DNA from: Guillardia theta CCMP2712 | Taxonomy: Eukaryota > Protista > Cryptophyta | Direction of reading: 5' to 3' | NCBI RefSeq assembly: GCF_000315625.1 | Contig: NW_005434652.1 | Location: 364,384 to 428,383 of the forward strand | Length of the DNA stretch: 64,000 bases | Position numbers and translations under genes: made by a program | The notes under the pieces: generated by a model | Databases searched by the model: none | The model's input: only the letters and a program-made list of their open reading frames with translations | Told to the model about the DNA's origin: nothing | Part shown: in pieces, positions 25,804 through 37,558 of the stretch | How positions within the stretch are numbered: the first letter of the stretch is position 1 | How the letters are laid out: every line of letters starts with the position of its first letter

Positions 25804-26821
25804 ACTCTGCGGGCACAAGGGTCTCGTCACGATTGCACGCTGCACGGCCGACGTCTCACGTTCTCCACAAACAGCTGATGCCAGGCGCTCCATCCTTCCT
25901 CCGTGTCGTCGAACTGCAGGGAGGGTCACATAACGATGCTCCCCTGACGTTCCCCTGCTCACCTTCTCCGCAAAGGGTCCGAGAGGAGGTAAAGTCTGAT
26001 TCCCCCCTTCCTCCCTCCTCCCCTGCTGCTGCTGCTGCTCCTCCTCCTCCTCCTCCCGCTCGCTGGATATCGAAATCGCGTCATCGTACACGGGGTAGTC
26101 ATGCGGCAGGAAAGCTACTCCCTGCTCCCCCAGCGCAGCGCTAAGGTCGTCTCTGACGTCCTTCACTGATTCCGATCGCAAGTTCCGATCAGCAAGGAAC
26201 TCAAGCACGAACTCGCAGATGTCCGCGTCAACGTCTCGAGGAACGATCTCCTCCGCGTCCCTCCTGTTGTTGTCGGCCAGCGGGATGTACAGCGGAGCGA
26301 TGTGGCTCTTGAGGGCCCTTCTCATGAACTCCGCCGTCTCCTCCCTCCCCATGATCCATCGCGCTGATGAAAACCATTCCTCCTCCTCGTTCAGGAAGTC
26401 CTCAGGGGATAGCGATGCTGCCCTCTCGTCCACTCCTACTCCTTCCTCAGGGTCCTCCTCCTCCAAGTCAGCGGCGTCGAACTCCTCCGTCTCGATCCCT
26501 TCCACTGCTCGCATGGGCTTGCATATCATCGCTGCCTCTTGCAGGGATGCCCGGAGCTTGTCCAGAGCGGCTACTGTGCTGTTCACCATCTTGGCGCTCT
26601 CCTCGCCCAACCCGAAGGGCATTGGCGGAGGTTTGGCGGTACCTGCGATTGCGATGTGAGGAAGACAAGCAAGGAGAAGGAGAGGGAGGAGAACTTGGAC
26701 ATATGACTTGATGATCTATAAATTCCCCTACAAGCATTCTCCCCTTCCTCTCCTCGACACAGTTCGTCAGTCTCTTTACGTCATGCTCGGTTCGAACGCG
26801 CAGCTGGCAACTCGTCTGCAT
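23378..26821 (-). CDS. Uncharacterised multi-exon protein (may be more than one gene)
   Basis: Coding-like exons (e.g. 26060-26640 and 24467-24657) separated by purine/pyrimidine-tract introns; Pro-rich C-terminus. No family recognised. Confidence 0.55.
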
Positions 26822-27365
26822 CGTGTGCTATACTTGCATGCGTGATGAAACCAGATGGAACATGCAGCTTGTGAATCAATCAGAGGAGTGAAAGGCTTAA
26901 ACTACCATCACCGCAACTATCACCATTGACTCCACTGCTCTCAGCTCTCTACCATCCTTACAAAATTTCCATCCCTGCAATCCTCTCACTCTCCCTCCCA
27001 ATACTAATTGCCACTCTTCCTCTCTCTCTCTCTCTCCCTCTCTCCCTCCCTCCCTCCCTCCCTCCAACACTCCCCAGCTCCTCGCCCCTCGGTGGAATAT
27101 CTCCGGGACAGAAAACTATAAAGAACATTTTGTCCTCATTGACGCCATGAATCTGGGGAAACAGAATCGATCCCGCCTGATTACCTGCGGAGGTTCTAAT
27201 GCTTCTTTACTGGGAGATGTAAGATCCCCTTGCGATATCGGGCTTAACCGATTCAGAGATCTCTAGCATAGCTCGATTGACACTTCTCACTGGTTAAGAA
27301 TGGATCGTAGTATCAATTTGAGGATGAGACTCAAGATGCTGTCGCCGGTGAGCATCAGAAAGTCT

Positions 27366-27465
27366 NNNNNNNNNNNNNNNNNNNNNNNNNNNNNNNNNNN
27401 NNNNNNNNNNNNNNNNNNNNNNNNNNNNNNNNNNNNNNNNNNNNNNNNNNNNNNNNNNNNNNNNN
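27366..27465. other. Assembly gap (100 N)
   Basis: Run of N. Confidence 1.
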
Positions 27466-27934
27466 CCTCTCCCCTCCCCTCCCCTCCCCTCCCCTCCCTC
27501 CCTCCCCCGCTGCCCTCCCTTCTCCCTCCCTTCTCCCTCCCGGCGTCCTCCTTGCTAGAGTTGCCGCAGAATGGCAGGAGTGCTACAAGGTCCCCCGGGG
27601 CCCCGGCCCCGGGCCCGGGCCCGGCGCCGACACTGCACTACTGGCGGTTCTCGCTGTCTTTTCTCTTCTCGCCGTTTGGCCTGTGCGACAGTGTCAGGGT
27701 CAAGCCTCCTCGACTCTCCTGATTGTCCTCGTACTGCTTTTTAACTTAACTTTGAGTAAAGTGAAAGACTGGCACCGTGGCCCACACGCCGGGTCACACC
27801 GGGTGGCCCAGCGCCGGGGCACGGTCGCGTGGGCCGGGGCCCGCCGCGCCGGGCGCGGGCCGATCGAATCGGCAATGATGACGGCCCGCGCATGGTACCG
27901 GTGTCAACCCGTTGAACTGTCAGTAGGAGGAGGC

Positions 27935-28830
27935 CGCTCGCCGCCGTGCCCTTGGGAGCCAGCATCGAGAGGATCCACCAGCACATGTGACAATCACCAA
28001 CGCCTGGCGGCGGTCGCAAGAGCTGTGACGGGCATGGGATGGGATCAAGGACGAGTGACCATGGCGAGGAGGAGGCTGTCTCAAGCCTCCCGTGTGATCA
28101 CAGCAGAGGCCCCCCGGCATCATGTCCATAGCATGCCGACCAGAGCTGCACAGGGCGAGGGTTTGGAGCAGAGAAGGGCGACGATGTAGAGTATGATGAA
28201 TGAAATGGACCCTCACTCTCTCATGGTGAGCCTGAGCCCTCGAGGCATCGGTCATGCGCTTCCTGGATGGCACTTGCATGCCGCAAGGCCCCCCGCAAGC
28301 TCGATGTGCGTGGAGAGGCCAGAGCGTGAGGAAGCTGATGATGGGTATTAGGGGTGCGAACAGGGTGGGTATTAGGGGTGCGATCAGGCCTTGTCCTGCG
28401 TCCCCAAGGTAAGGTCAAGTCGCCGCTCGCCGCTAGCCCTTGCGAGCCAGCATCGAGATGATCCACCAGTACAGGACGATCACCAACGCCTGGCGGCGGT
28501 CGCAAGAGCTGTGACGGGCATGGGATGGGATCAAGGACGAGTGACCATAGCGAGGAGGAGGCTGTCTCAAGCCTCCCGTGTGATCACAGCAGAGGCGCCC
28601 CGGCATCATGTCCATAGCATGCCGACCAGAGCTGCACAGGGCGAGGGTTTGGAGCAGAGAAGGGAGACGATGTAGGGTAGGATGAATGAAACACACTGCA
28701 CACACGCGCAGGACCCTCACTCTCTCATGGTGAGCCTGAGCCCTCGAGGCGCAAGCTCGATGTGGGTGGAGAGGCGAGAGCGGGAGGAAGCTGATGACGG
28801 GTACTAGGGGTGCGATCAGGGTGGTACTAG
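27935..28830. repeat. Tandem duplication, period about 480 bp
   Basis: 27935-28390 recurs at about 28420-28830, e.g. caacgcctggcggcggtcgcaagagctgtgacgggcatgggatgggatcaagg. Confidence 0.9.
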
Positions 28831-28900
28831 GAGGGGGTCCTCTGACGACGTCATGGCAGCGCTTTATAACCACCACCGTACCCACGATGGCGTGGGTCGA

Positions 28901-30880
28901 CTTGGCCTCCCTTGAGAGACACAGTCTTCATCATCCAGCCATGTCGTCCTTGCTGCGCTATCTGCTCGCTACCGTCGCGTGCTCGAGGCCGTACTCTCTC
29001 ACACATGTCGATCACGACGGCATCCTGCTTCTGGAGCATGCGCCGAGCTGCTTGGGATGGACCAAGTACACATGACATGAGAGCCCATGGTTGGCTTTAT
29101 TCTACACCTCACACATATCACCACACTCCTCCTGTCATAGCTCCTGCCACCTCCCCCACGCGTCCTTGATCTTGCGATGCTCCAGAATCATCGAGATGCT
29201 CGCTCGCAAAGCTGCTATCTGCTTAGCGCGCCCAGCAGCAGCAGCGTGACGATGACCAGCCGACCCAGCTCCCGCGTGAGCTGCTGCTCTCGTCAGCGAC
29301 GAGGGCGACGAGGAGGAGCAAGAAGAGGTGGGTCTGGGATGGGAGCTGGGAGCGGGGAGGGCAGAGGGGACAGAGTGAGGGCGGAGAGGAGTATCCATGG
29401 GAGGCAAGGCACGCACTGGAGCGGAGAGGAGCGTGGGAGCAGCAGGGAGGACAAGCACGAGGACGAGGACGAGTCTCGATAAGGAGGCTAGATAGGCTTC
29501 TGACCGTCAAAACGGGGGCGACCCTTGAGGGCTGCGGAGGGTCTTTGGAGTCCGAGACCTCGTGATCGATCCTTCTCTGACTGTGAGCTTGTCTACGAAA
29601 CGTTGCTACTTGAGCACCTCTGTAAACCCGCGCTGTCAGCCGACCGTAGACCGCATGACCGGTGCGACCCGTTCGGAGCCTCGGAGTACCGACGCCAAGA
29701 TGGAGTAAAACAACTTATGGGAACATCATGGTTATCGAACTGAAAGCTACCGAGTCACGAGGACTGTTTCTATGCGTAGGGCTCAACTTACAGTGCTTGG
29801 CTGTCGATGCTGACAAAATCATGACGAGAGGGCTCGTCGCCTCCTCCCGCACCTCCTCCTTTCATGTCCCCTCCCTTGTCCTGCGTCCGGCCCCCCTCCC
29901 CTTCAGGATGGGCTTACGGACGCCCTGCATCATGTGCATAGCATGTCGACTAGAGCTGCACAGGATTAGAGCTGCACAGGACAACAGACACGAAGAAGAC
30001 GAGGTAGAGTAGGATGAATGAAACAATCTGTGCACACGCGCAGGACCCTCGCTCTCTCATGGCAACTTGGCCTCCCTTGAGAGACACAGTCTTCTTCATC
30101 CAGCCATGCCGTCCTTGCCGCGCTATCTGCTCGCTACCGTCGCGTGCTCGAGGCCGTACGCTCTCACACATGTCGATCACGACGGCATCCTGCTTCTGGA
30201 GCATGCGCCGAGCTGCTTGGGACGGACCAAGTACACATGACATGAGAGCCCATGGTTGGCTTTATTCTACACCTCACACATATCACCACACTCCTCCTGT
30301 CATAGCTCCTGCCACCTCCCCCACGCGTCCTTGATCTTGCGATGCTCCAGGATCATCGCGATGCTCGCTCGCAAAGCTGCTATCTGCTTGGCGCGCCCAG
30401 CAGCAGCAGCGTGACGATGACCAGCCGACCCAGCTCCCGCGTGAGCTGCTGCTCTCGTCAGCGACGAGGGCGACGAGGAAGAGCAAGAAGAGGAGGGTCT
30501 GGGATGGGAGCTGGGAGCGGCGAGGGCAGAGGGGATAGAGTGAGGACGGAGAGGAGTATCCATGGGAGGCAAGGCACGCACTGGAGCGGAGAGGAGCGTG
30601 GGAGCAGCAGGGAGGACAAGCACGAGGACGAGGACGAGTCTCGATAAGGAGGCTAGATAGGCTTCTGACCGTCAAAACGGGGGCGACCCTTGAGGGCTGC
30701 GGAGGGTCTTTGGAGTCCGAGACCTCGTGGTCGATCCTTCTCTGACTGTGAGCTTGTCTACGAAACGTTGCTACTTGAGCACCTCTGTAAACCCGCGCTG
30801 TCAGCCGACCGTAGACCGCATGACCGGTGCGACCCGTTCGGAGCCTCGGAGTACCGACGCCAAGATGGAGTAAAACAACT
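28901..30880. repeat. 815-bp direct repeat pair (28901-29715 and 30066-30880) carrying pseudogene-like exon fragments
   Basis: Collinear at offset 1165 with about 14 substitutions counted by eye. The minus strand carries exon-like RRMLQKQDAVVIDM and LRASISMILEHRKIKDAWGRWQEL*. Confidence 0.92.
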
Positions 30881-31719
30881 GACGGTTTGCAACTCCGAAA
30901 CGATGCTGGGGACAATGCGTCCGTGCTTCAAAATGTTGTAGCCGAGTTTGCTCTCCGAGAGTCTGTCAGCATCGACAGCCAGACACTACCCACTGCTGTA
31001 AGTTGAGCCCTTTCACGGACTGATCATGAGACCAAAATCATGATAGCCCTTGCGAGCCAGCGTATGGGATCAAGGACGCCGGTGACGAGAGGAGGAGGCT
31101 GTCTCTCCGCAGCCCTCAAGGGTTGCCCCCGCAACTGTTGCGACCCTTCGAGTCGCCGGAGCGCCTCGGAGTACCGACGCCAACTTTGGATGGAGCAAAA
31201 CAACTGACGGTGTGCAACTCCGTAACGATGCTGGGGACAATGTGAGACCTCGCCGTCGTGATCGGTCGACTGTGGGCAGGGCTTGTCTACGAAACGTTGC
31301 TATTTGCCAGAATCGACTCAGCGCCGGGCGTCAGCCGACCGTAGACCGCATGACCGGCGGCGGTGCGACCCTTTCCGAAGTTTCGGAGCCTCAAAGGCCC
31401 GACTAGTGCCTCATAACCGACGGAGCACAAGTTTGTTAGACTTGTGATACTGTGCCAAAGTCACGCAGATATCACATCTACCTCAGTTGTAACAAGACAG
31501 GTTTTGCTCAAGACCGAGTTTAATGCACACAAAACCAGAATTGAGGAGCACATGAGAGAATAGACTGTATGCTAGGATGTAAAATCCAAGCATCCAGACA
31601 TGAGAGGACCTTAGCAAGACGGCTAGGAAAGCCCCCTCTTCGTCCCACACGCTACATTGGCCACCTTGACACGTAAGTCGTCTGGACTTTCCGAAGCGTC
31701 ACCTTGAGACTATCTGGCA

Positions 31720-32000
31720 GGCGGGGCCCGTGGATCCGACACTCTGTGCCTCACACAGCGGCCGTCCGGCACTTTTCAAGTTTCTAGGTTCCGTACCGAC
31801 GGACGGCGGGCCTGCCGCTGACTCAGTAAGTCACGAGTCCGACTCGCCGGACTCCAGGAGTCGGCACTGCAGCGGCAGGCCGCGAGTCAGTACGGTCAGA
31901 TCACTCGGTGGAGTCACTCCGAGACTCCCGTACCGTACGGTCAAGTTCAGTGGGGGACTCGGATCATCGGACACGGCCGGACACTGAGGGGGGCCCGTCC
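31720..32000. promoter_or_regulatory. CpG-rich island upstream of the SAM-domain gene
   Basis: TGACTCA, CCGTACGG, GGATCCGA and GGGCCC motifs shared with the other islands. Confidence 0.5.
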
Positions 32001-32143
32001 AATGAAATGGAAAAAAAACGATGACAGCCTGGGTTCGCTCTATGCAGTCAGCCTGAGTCGACGGCAGAGGAACCAGAGCTGAGAATCTCAGTACGATCAA
32101 GATGCTGTCCAGCTGAGAGCAGACGGCAGGTTGCACCTCAGCG

Positions 32144-34061
32144 ATGCTGTCAAGTGGGTCCTGCAGGCAACGGCAGACCACCAAGGAAGCAGCGAATGAG
32201 CTGTCGGCCCAGCTTGCTCAAGAGCGGCTGAAGATGAAGCACAGGAGGAGGACGCAGAAGCGCCTGGAGTCGAGTACCACCGTGGAAGGAGCCAGGGAGG
32301 TTGGGGACGCTGAGACGCACAAGGTGGAGCAGCGCGAGGCTGCCTCTCACAGTCGTCGCACGGCTGATGCCAAGACTACGAAGAAGTTTGCCGACGAGCT
32401 CGAGTTGGCGTCCCATGTCCTCCTGAGCGCTGTGCGAGAGCGAGACCAGCTGCAGGAGAGCTACCTGTAAGCCCGAGAAATCTGTCGACCTGCCGCCATG
32501 ACGTCCATGTTTGGTCAGGCTGAACCAACTGGACGGGGAGGCAATGCTTTCAAGGGCAAAGGAGAAGATACAAAGGAATCATCGGCCGTGCAGTTTCTGC
32601 AACTTCAAGTTTGTGAGTACTGAGATTGCCGCCTGACTTTTTCACCCTCACTGCTTGCAAGACCTCAGAGCTTCTGTTTGGCGAGGACAAGCGCTGTCCT
32701 CGATGTTACCTGCTGTATGGGCCAGATTGCAAGTAATAGCTAATTTTGTCATGTGCAACAACTGAAGACTGTTCTACAGTTGCACGCAATGTCTTTCCAT
32801 GAGGAGGAGAAAGCTGGTCAAAGAGATAGAGGAAAATGCTAGAAGAATCAAGATGGAAGCAGCTGCCAAGTATCCACAGAGTGAGACGCATGTTGGGGGA
32901 CTGGAACTGCGTACTTGACGATCGTTCTCTTGTCAGCCGAGAAAGTGATGGTGAGGACGAGGGAAATCCTCGACCACTTCAACTTTAGGATGTCTGAGGA
33001 GGTGGAGACGATGGTGAGATGATGTGAAGGAAGGCTGATGGTGTGACTGCGCTGCCCAAGATCATGAGCAAGCAGAAAGAACAAAAGGTCGCTCTCAGTG
33101 GCGTGAGGTTCAGAGCAGATGCTGTGGCCGAGCTTCAAGATATAAGTCCGGTACGAGTACAAGGCGGTCGGTAAGGTGAGATGTCATGCAGGAAACATTC
33201 CACTGGATCCCATGACCAAGGTTATGAGCGAGGAGGAGGAGGTTTGAAGAGAGGGGGAGGACAAAGCACACGTTGAGCCGATCGAAGGTACGAGCATTCT
33301 TCGGGAGGATCAACCTCGACAGGTTCAGCGACAAGGTGCTTCACTCCTTGAGCGATGAATCTCTCCTCAAGGGGTTGCAGATAATTGCCAACGGATGGAA
33401 CAATCTTGAAAAGGTCCCAACTTGCCGCTCCTCCTCCCCATGCTCTCCGTTCCCTTGCTTCTTCTCTCTTTTTCTACTTCTCAACTTGTCTTCTCCTCCT
33501 CAGCTCTCATCTTCTCGCTCATCAGGTCACCAACATGCTCGAGTCAGACTTCACCCAACGTGTGGGCATGCCAGCGCGCCTTGCTCGCCGAGCTCACGCG
33601 TCTCCCCCTTTCTTTTCCTCCCTGCGGGAACTGAAGCGATTTCAGCGAGGTGAAGCGAAGGTTCTACGGACATGACGTCTGTTCCAATGTCCAATGTGGA
33701 CGGGCACAGATGTCATATGAGCGCGTCAGGTGGGATCACAAGGGTGTGGAGGCTGAGGAGGAACAGGGTAGAAAGGAGGAGGTTTATGCAGATCTGACAG
33801 TGGGTGTTTGTGTTAGTTCAAAGGCTGGCCACGACTCCGAGTATGTCGCGCGATGCCCAGCATGTGGCTGGTCGGAGGTTCGGCCCTGTCTTCGCTTTCC
33901 CTCCAACCTCCTTGGGTCACTCGCTACCACTCCTCCTGCCTCCTCCCTCCAGCAGGAGCTGAGCAGTCTTGCAGGTCCCCAAGTCCAAGAGCATGCTGCA
34001 GATTCTCGGAGCTCCTCCCAACGAGATCCAACGGCCAACCACCTGGGTGGACGAGCTATGA
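32144..34061 (+). CDS. Coiled-coil + SAM-like + zinc-ribbon protein (start approximate)
   Basis: VRAFFGRINLDRFSDK|IIANGWNNLEK|VTNMLESDFTQRVGMPARLARR is SAM-like; CSNVQC..CPACGW; last exon VPKSKSMLQILG..WVDEL*. Confidence 0.62.
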
Positions 34062-37000
34062 GACCTTGAGGACGTGGACGGGACTTGCGCTGGTCCACCT
34101 GCTCTCTACCATCATCCTCAGCACCTCCTCCCATCCCTCCACCCATCGCTGATTGTCGAACAAGCGGTTCAGACCTCCCTCGTCCTTCCTCCTCCCCCTT
34201 GCGACGTCGGTGGCCCCCGCCATGCAGGTCCGCAGATCTTCCAGCTGTCGCCTCTCCAGCCTGCCATCCCCAGCTGAGCGCGCGAGCCTCTTTGAGAGCT
34301 GGACGAAGTCGTCTTCACTCCGCGCGATGCCGAGCAGCGCAAGGTGGCAGGAGGCTGAGAGAGCTGAGAGGAGGCTGCTCGTAACGCGGCCGGCCCACAT
34401 GAAGGAGGGGAGGGACACCAAGGGCACTCCTCCCCAGAGGTAGTTCGCGCTCGTCGTGTGCCCGCTGATGCCGTGGGTGTCGAGCGCAAGGTCGCATGCT
34501 CGGATCCTCTCTAGGTGCTTCCTAACGTCAAGGAAGGGCTGGAAGACGATCCGAGAGCGAAGATGAGGAGGGGCCCGAGACAGGAGGCTGCTCTCCGTGG
34601 AGTTTCCCTGAGCAAGGAGCAGCAAGGTTGATCCCTCCACCTCCTCTAGTAGCTTCATCCACGACGTAAACCTGCGACAGGGTCACAGCCGTTCCCGCTC
34701 CTCCCCTCCCCTCCTACCGCGTTGGATCCAGCTTGTACAGTGAGTCATGGTTGCAGAATGTCAGCCTGCCCGCTCTGGTCTTCCGCGCCCTCTCCCCTCC
34801 CAGCAGCTCCTCCTGCAGGTAGTCCGTGGTCATGTAGGAGGTAGGCAGCACGACGAACTTCTCGCTGTAGAGCTGAGAAACCTCCGGAGGAGCGACCCAG
34901 CTGTCTACCAGCACGTAATCGATGAAGCCCGCCCCAGTGGTCCCGGTGAAGCCCATGTACCCAACCTGTAGCGCAGCTGGGCGATAGCTGAAGATCCGCA
35001 TCCTGTTGCCGGCAGTCCAGCCGTTGAGGTCGACGAGCACGTGCGGACCATGGCCGTTGATGCTCCTGCTCGCCTCCAGATCCGGCAGGGAGCTCAGGTC
35101 GCTTCTCAGAGAGCACGAGGAGGGGACTAGGCTGGGATCCATGGGTGGTGCGAGGAGGAAGCAAAGGACCCGCACGCGAGGCGAGTGGCGTTCGATCGCG
35201 CCCTTGATGAGCAGCATCATCGAGTGGCGCCTGCCGAGATCGCTGCTGACGTACCCCAGCTGAATCTGAGCTGCGGGCTGCATCCTTGTCTGAAGGGGGT
35301 GCTGCTCAGGAGCCATCAATTCCGTGTAGTGACGGGCGAGCAAAAGGAAAGCAGTAGGGTCCATCGCCAGCCCCTCCACTTCCCCCTCCTCCCCCTTGCT
35401 CCATCTCGCCTCTGCAAACGCCAGGGCCATAAAAGGATCGACGGGAGGTTCGATGGGAAGCTGATCTAACTTGCCTCTGGCGCGAGAGGTTCAGGATGGC
35501 ACTTTGACGCAGCATCTCACCTGACTTGATCGCTCATGAGCCGGCGGGCAGCGGAGAGGTCCTCGTCCCAGCCTCCCCATGAGCACAACTTCCTCCGGGT
35601 GAAGAGCAGGTTCGCCACAGCCACGTGCTTGTGAGGAAAGCTCAGGTTGCTTGCGACCACCCGGGTGAGTCTGGCGGGACGAGGTCACGTGATCCCTCAT
35701 CCTCCACGACGTCACCTCGTCTCGCTCTTGGCGTACTCTCCCAGCTCGAAGAGCGCGCTCGCCATGTTCAGGTCTGTCTTCCAGGACGTTTCGGCCTCCT
35801 CCTTCACCTTTTTCTCCAGCTCCTCCAGCACGAGGACAGCTTCCCTCGGCCTTGACATGGACAGCAAGCAGGCAGCCACGTTGTTTCTGTGACCCACGTC
35901 CTGTGCGCAACACAGCACGTGAGGACCTCCTGCAAGGGCAAGGAGAGCATGAGACCGCGGGGTTCAGACGCACTGCCGTCCTGTCACGCACGTCAACACT
36001 CGAGATAGGAAGGAAATTAAGTGCAAGACCAGAAGGAGGAGAGAGCCAAATGATAAACCCCGAGCTTGTGCAAGAACGCCCCCAGCTCCATGAACAGATG
36101 CTCGTCTGCACCACAACTCCTGATCGCTTCCGCGAAATCTCCGGTAGAGAGCCGAGCTTGCGTCACAATCTTCCTGAGCAACTGATCCTTGTCTGGACAA
36201 CCAGCAGACGCTGACGCGATCAAACAGACGAGAGCGATGGAGCACAAGTTGAAAATCGACATGGTTTACTAATGGAGTTGGAATGCCCCGCTCAGTCGCT
36301 GTCGTACATGGCTCTACTCAAGACCTACAAGAGGTTTCAAGAGAAGTTCGAGATTCGGGGATAGAGAGCACAGAGGAAGAGCAGAGTGACAGTCAGCAAA
36401 TGGAATTTCTGTGGTTCCTGTCAGAGAGCAAATCACCGTCAAGGGCTCAGCAGGAAATCACCGTCAAGGGCTCAGCAGGTCAAGCTTCTCCAGGACTTTC
36501 TTGACCATGACCGGGGAATCATTGAGGACGGACAGACAGCCTTCCCTTGGATTCAGTGGAACCAGAGCAGGCAAGGAGACATTCCCACGCAATCAGCACT
36601 GGCTTCTGAGATCTCTTGTACGTCACCTCGGCGAGCTGACAGGCGTACACCTGGACAAGAGGATCAGCTCTCTTGCACTGGTTGTCTCGGAATCAAGCTT
36701 GACATGGTGAAGCCATCTCTCTTCCCAACAAGACCGTTGATGCTCCATCCGGATCCGCTCGCCAAGTCTCTTTCCCTGCCCGACAGAAACTCAGCGATAG
36801 CAGCACGTCTTCTGTTGTCACAAACTTACACGCGAACGACTGTCCCCGGCTTTCATGTCTGTGTAACAACCTCGCGCGACTGAAACACCACGATTCACCT
36901 CACTATTGACCAAAAGGGGTCAATGCAAATACCTGATCAGCGTAAGCGCTGATATGAAAGTCTGTCTTCATTCCATCTATCACTTCTGATCCCTACGTGT

Positions 37001-37222
37001 GCTCATGAGTATCTTTCGTTGTTCGACACGTCAGATCAACACATTCTTACCTGCTGCCGACTTGCCAGCGGGATCGAAGACATCCTGGCCCCAGCTCTTT
37101 TCTTCCCCACTGCTCACACGAGAGAACATTAGCAGGGACATCCAAGAGAATGAATCGGAGCCTTCTAACGAAAGAATTTTGAGAATGGCCCTTTCTCTCT
37201 CACCTCCCTTATTTTCTCTCAT
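34056..37222 (-). CDS. GT41 O-GlcNAc transferase/SPINDLY-like protein with N-terminal TPR-like helices (start approximate)
   Basis: LGYVSSDLGRRH, VLVDLNGWTAGNR..FSYRPAALQVGYMGFTGTTGAGFIDY, YSEK, FCNHDSLYKLDP, CDLALDT..SGHTT..LWGGVPLVSL, GRVTSSLL. Confidence 0.9.
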
Positions 37223-37558
37223 GTCTCTCTCCTCCGTCCCCGTTCCTTGCTCTGCTTCTCTTCCTTCTTGACCTCGCCCTCCCTACATCCCCTCTGCTCC
37301 TCCCTCCCCCCTCCCCTGCTCCTGCTCCTGCTGCTACTTCTCCTCCTGTTCCTGCTCCTGCTACTTCTCCTCCTCCTCCTCCTCCTCCTCCTCCTCCTAC
37401 TACTACTACTACTACTACTACTCCGCCTCTGATGGTCTCAACAAATCCTTTTAACCCCCCTCGTCCCCGCATCTTTCCGTGTAACCCTCATCCCCGCTCG
37501 TTCCTATTGTCCCCCAAGCCCTCGAGCCCTCGTCCCCAACTTGCACGCGACCACGGAC

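Noticed and set aside
28901-30880. 815-bp repeats as LTRs of a retrotransposon
   Set aside because: No TG...CA ends, only 350 bp between copies, and no gag/pol remnants seen.
36430-36479. Perfect 25-bp tandem duplication as a duplicated splice donor or a 19-nt intron
   Set aside because: All three minus-strand frames have stops just upstream, so the duplication lies wholly within an intron.
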